DNA from: Ranitomeya imitator
Lineage: Eukaryota
Assembly: GCF_032444005.1 (NCBI RefSeq)
Contig: NC_091286.1
Span: forward strand, 487,630,001 to 487,694,000
Reading direction: 5' to 3'
DNA: 64,000 bases
The position numbers and the translations under genes were made by a program. Under the pieces are notes generated by a model, which was not told the DNA's origin, ran no database searches, and saw nothing but the letters and a program-made list of their open reading frames with translations. Of the stretch, positions 60,695-64,000 are shown one piece after another; the first letter of the stretch is position 1, and every line of letters begins with the position of its first letter.

Positions 60695-63600
60695 ATGGCG
60701 GACGACCAGCGTTTACAGAGGTACATCCAGCAGCTGGAGGGAAGGTTGGCAGCTCTTGAGCGTACAACCTCAGCTGTGGATGTCACTGCTGTAGCTGTTC
60801 AGGCTGCTAGTGTAGCCGCAGCCAGTTTGTCCGCTGCCACCCCTGCTCCGACTTTATCCCGTCTCCCGCTTCCTGACAAGTTTGCTGGCGACAGTAAACA
60901 ATGTCGCGGATTCGTGAGCCAGTGCTCCATACATCTTGAGCTCCTGGCGTCACGCTTCCCTACGGAACGGGCGAGAGTGGGATTTATTCTATCTCTCTTG
61001 TCGGGCAGGGCGTTGGAGTGGGCAACGCCACTTTGGGAGCGAGATGATCGTGTGGTACAGAGTGCTCCTCTCTTCTTGGACACTCTGAAGCAGGTCTTTT
61101 TAGGACCTCGTGTTACCCACGATACCGCGCTCCAGTTGTTGACTATTATTCAGGGCACGTCCGTGGTCAGCCAGTTTGCCATCCAGTTCCGGACTCTAGC
61201 TTCTGAGTTAGAGTGGCCAGACAAAGTTCTTATTCCGGTGTTCTGGAGGGGACTGGCAGACCATGTGAAGGACGCCTTGGCCACTAGGGAGATACCCGCC
61301 ACACTGGAGGAACTTATCTCAGTATCTACCCGCATCGACCTCCGTTTTCACGAGCGGAGGTTGGAGCGGACCCAGTGTAGGCAGAGGTTTCGGCTGGCTC
61401 CTACCTTCGCCAGACCTCTTGAATCTCCTGTCTTGGCGTCAGACATCTGTCATCAACTTGGACATTACGCCAATAAATGTCCGCGGCGGTCGGGAAGACG
61501 ATCGCGTCTAGTAACCATTGGGGGAGGTTCACTAGACACAGCAGCATTTTCCTCCAAACTGTCCTTTAAAGGGACAATCCTGTTAGGCTCCTCCACTCTA
61601 ACAGTCGAGCTTTGTGTGGATTCAGGAGCAGAGGGAAACTTCATGTCCTCTGCTTTTGCTCTACGCCATGCTATACCACTAGTCACGCTCGCCAAACCAG
61701 TTACAGTTAGAGTTGTGAATGGGGCGACACTTCCACTGCAGATCACACACCAGACAGTTCCGTTCACGCTGTCCATGTCCCCTTCCCACCAGGAGATTAT
61801 TTCCCTTCTTGTTCTTCCCGAGGGAATGGATGAGATTTTGCTGGGAATACCCTGGCTCCGTTTCCACTCTCCACATATTGAGTGGTCCTCAGGGAGAATA
61901 TTGGGTTGGAGTAAGTCTTGTATGGGCAGGTGTGTGAGTGAGTGTCTACAGGTTTCTACTACTGAGGTACCCGCAGACCTTTCATCTCTTCCTAGGTGCT
62001 ATTGGTGCTATGCAGATGTATTCTCTAAGAAGGCTGCTGAGACCCTACCGCCTCATCGCCCCTACGACTGTCCTATAGACCTCTTGCCTGGAGCCGAACC
62101 TCCTCGGGGAAGAGTATATCCCCTCTCCCTCCCAGAGACGGAGGCTATGTCTCAATACATTCAGGAGAATTTGGCAAGAGGGTTTATAAGGAAGTCGGTG
62201 TCTCCGGCAGGGGCGGGATTCTTCTTCGTACAGAAGAAGAACGGGGAGTTACGTCCTTGCATCGATTACAGGGGTCTCAATGCTATCACCATTAAAAATA
62301 AATACCCGTTGCCCCTGATATCGGAGCTCTTTGACAGGCTAAGGGGAGCTAAGATATTCACCAAATTAGATCTGCGGGGTGCCTATAATCTGATTCGTAT
62401 CCGTGAGGGGGACGAATGGAAAACGGCTTTCAATACCAGGGATGGGCACTATGAGTACCTGGTGATGCCCTTCGGGCTCTGTAATGCCCCAGCCGTTTTT
62501 CAGGACTTTGTCAACGATATCTTCCGGGATATGCTTTCCACCTCGGTTGTAGTCTATCTGGATGATATTCTCATCTTCTCTCCAGATATTGACTCCCACC
62601 GGAGAGATGTTGGCAGAGTCTTCGAACTCCTACGGGCGAATTCCTTATATGCAAAGTTGGAGAAGTGTGTGTTTGAGCAGGAGTCCTTACCTTTCCTGGG
62701 CTATATCATCTCGGCCCAGGGATTGGCTATGGATCCTGCCAAACTACAGGCAGTGATGGACTGGCAGGAACCCCATTCTCTTAAAGCGGTGCAGCGCTTT
62801 ATGGGGTTCATAAATTACTATCGCCAGTTCATCCCCCACTTCTCAACTTTGGTAGCTCCCTTGGTATCCCTCACCAAGAAGGGAGCAAATCCCAAATTGT
62901 GGTCCGAAGGGGTCTCCAAGGCCTTCGCTTCTATAAAGTCCCATTTTGCTAGCGCTCCCATCTTACATCGTCCCGATGTAGATAAGCCATTCCTTATGGA
63001 GGTGGATGCCTCATCCGTTGGTGCTGGAGCAGTCCTCTATCAAAAGGATGCTCAAGGTCGGAAGCACCCATGCTTCTTCTTCTCAAAGACCTTCACACCA
63101 GCGGAGAGAAATTACTCCATCGGGGATAGGGAGTTGCTGGCAATGAAGTTGGCCTTTTCGGAGTGGAGACACCTCTTGGAGGGTGCTCGGTTCCCATTCC
63201 AAGTCTTCACGGACCACAAGAATTTGGTCTATTTGCAGACAGCCCAGCGGCTGAATTCTCGTCAGGCCAGATGGTCCTTGTTTTTCTCCCGGTTCCACTT
63301 TACTCTACATTATCTCGCCGGAGAGAAGAACATTCGTGCTGACGCTCTCTCTCGCTCCCTTGTGTCAACTGAGGAGGAGGAGGACGAGCCTCGGCTCATT
63401 GTCCCTTCGGAGAGTCTGAGAACCGTAGCTCCGGTTTCGCTTGAGTCTGTGCCTCCGGGCAAGACTTTTGTTCCCATCAATTTGCGACCGGAGGTTCTCT
63501 CCTGGGCTCATTCGTCCAGAGTGGGTGGACACTTTGGGGCAAAGAGGACATCAGAGTTGCTGGCGAGAATGTACTGGTGGCCACATATGGTTCGTGACGT

Positions 63601-64000
63601 CGGAGACTACGTTCGGGCATGTGTCTCTTGTGCCAAGAATAAGTCTCTCCGTCAACGGCCAGCTGGGTTGTTATACCCTCTGCCGGTGGCAGACAGGCCC
63701 TGGGAGATGGTCGGGATGGACTTTGTGGTGGGTCTGCCCAAGTCTCGTGGCTGTACCATTATTTGGGTAATCACCGACCATTTTTCTAAAATGGTGCATT
63801 TGGTGCCGCTTCCTCGGCTACCTTCTGCACGGGCCTTGGCAGCGTTGTTTATTAAACACATCTTCCGTCTTCACGGTATGCCAGACAAAATTGTCAGTGA
63901 TCGGGGTCCCCAGTTTGCGTCTCGGTTCTGGAGAGAGCTTTGTCATCTTCTCACTATTGAGTTAAATCTCTCTTCGGCATATCATCCCGAGACGAATGGG
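60695..64000 (+). CDS. gag-pol: Single gag-pol polyprotein, 3'-partial (1102 codons in the window)
   Basis: ATG 60695, protease D codon 61619, YLDD D codon 62561 and the last codon 63998 are all in one frame. The ORF track lists no stop-terminated ORF in this frame. Intact VDSGA, YLDD, EVDAS, TDHKNL, MDF and VSDRG. Confidence 0.88.
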   Translation, partial: MADDQRLQRYIQQLEGRLAALERTTSAVDVTAVAVQAASVAAASLSAATPAPTLSRLPLPDKFAGDSKQCRGFVSQCSIHLELLASRFPTERARVGFILSLLSGRALEWATPLWERDDRVVQSAPLFLDTLKQVFLGPRVTHDTALQLLTIIQGTSVVSQFAIQFRTLASELEWPDKVLIPVFWRGLADHVKDALATREIPATLEELISVSTRIDLRFHERRLERTQCRQRFRLAPTFARPLESPVLASDICHQLGHYANKCPRRSGRRSRLVTIGGGSLDTAAFSSKLSFKGTILLGSSTLTVELCVDSGAEGNFMSSAFALRHAIPLVTLAKPVTVRVVNGATLPLQITHQTVPFTLSMSPSHQEIISLLVLPEGMDEILLGIPWLRFHSPHIEWSSGRILGWSKSCMGRCVSECLQVSTTEVPADLSSLPRCYWCYADVFSKKAAETLPPHRPYDCPIDLLPGAEPPRGRVYPLSLPETEAMSQYIQENLARGFIRKSVSPAGAGFFFVQKKNGELRPCIDYRGLNAITIKNKYPLPLISELFDRLRGAKIFTKLDLRGAYNLIRIREGDEWKTAFNTRDGHYEYLVMPFGLCNAPAVFQDFVNDIFRDMLSTSVVVYLDDILIFSPDIDSHRRDVGRVFELLRANSLYAKLEKCVFEQESLPFLGYIISAQGLAMDPAKLQAVMDWQEPHSLKAVQRFMGFINYYRQFIPHFSTLVAPLVSLTKKGANPKLWSEGVSKAFASIKSHFASAPILHRPDVDKPFLMEVDASSVGAGAVLYQKDAQGRKHPCFFFSKTFTPAERNYSIGDRELLAMKLAFSEWRHLLEGARFPFQVFTDHKNLVYLQTAQRLNSRQARWSLFFSRFHFTLHYLAGEKNIRADALSRSLVSTEEEEDEPRLIVPSESLRTVAPVSLESVPPGKTFVPINLRPEVLSWAHSSRVGGHFGAKRTSELLARMYWWPHMVRDVGDYVRACVSCAKNKSLRQRPAGLLYPLPVADRPWEMVGMDFVVGLPKSRGCTIIWVITDHFSKMVHLVPLPRLPSARALAALFIKHIFRLHGMPDKIVSDRGPQFASRFWRELCHLLTIELNLSSAYHPETNG

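Larger units (their letters stand above)
59697..64000 (+). mobile_element. LTR retrotransposon (element 3), 5' part; runs off the window
   Basis: 969-bp 5' LTR 59697-60665 (TG..CA), left flank GGGTG, PBS at 60667-60677, then gag-pol. Confidence 0.96.

Overview
Vertebrate, repeat-saturated genomic DNA. The TE families (Tf1/sushi-type chromoviral LTR elements, Penelope-like elements, Tc1, hAT, TTAA-flanked repeats) suggest an anuran genome; this is an inference. No host protein-coding gene could be confidently identified. One Ty3/gypsy chromovirus family dominates. It is present as a full-length disabled copy (1544-7518, TSD CTTAT), a decayed copy (48812-~54710), a copy whose single gag-pol ORF appears open from 60695 to the window end, and four solo LTRs. 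No internal copy has a tRNA primer-binding site. Instead, the 10-11 nt starting exactly 30 nt after the LTR TATA box are complementary to the sequence just inside the 5' LTR, the signature of Tf1-like self-primed reverse transcription. Other elements: a 16.4-kb composite hAT element (17311-33696, 13-bp TIRs, 8-bp TSD GTCAGGAC) carrying nested repeats; three Penelope-like remnants, one with a hammerhead-ribozyme motif; a near-intact Tc1 (340-aa ORF, first catalytic Asp changed to His); older Tc1, L2 and DDE relics; and MITEs. All coordinates and mismatch counts are manual.
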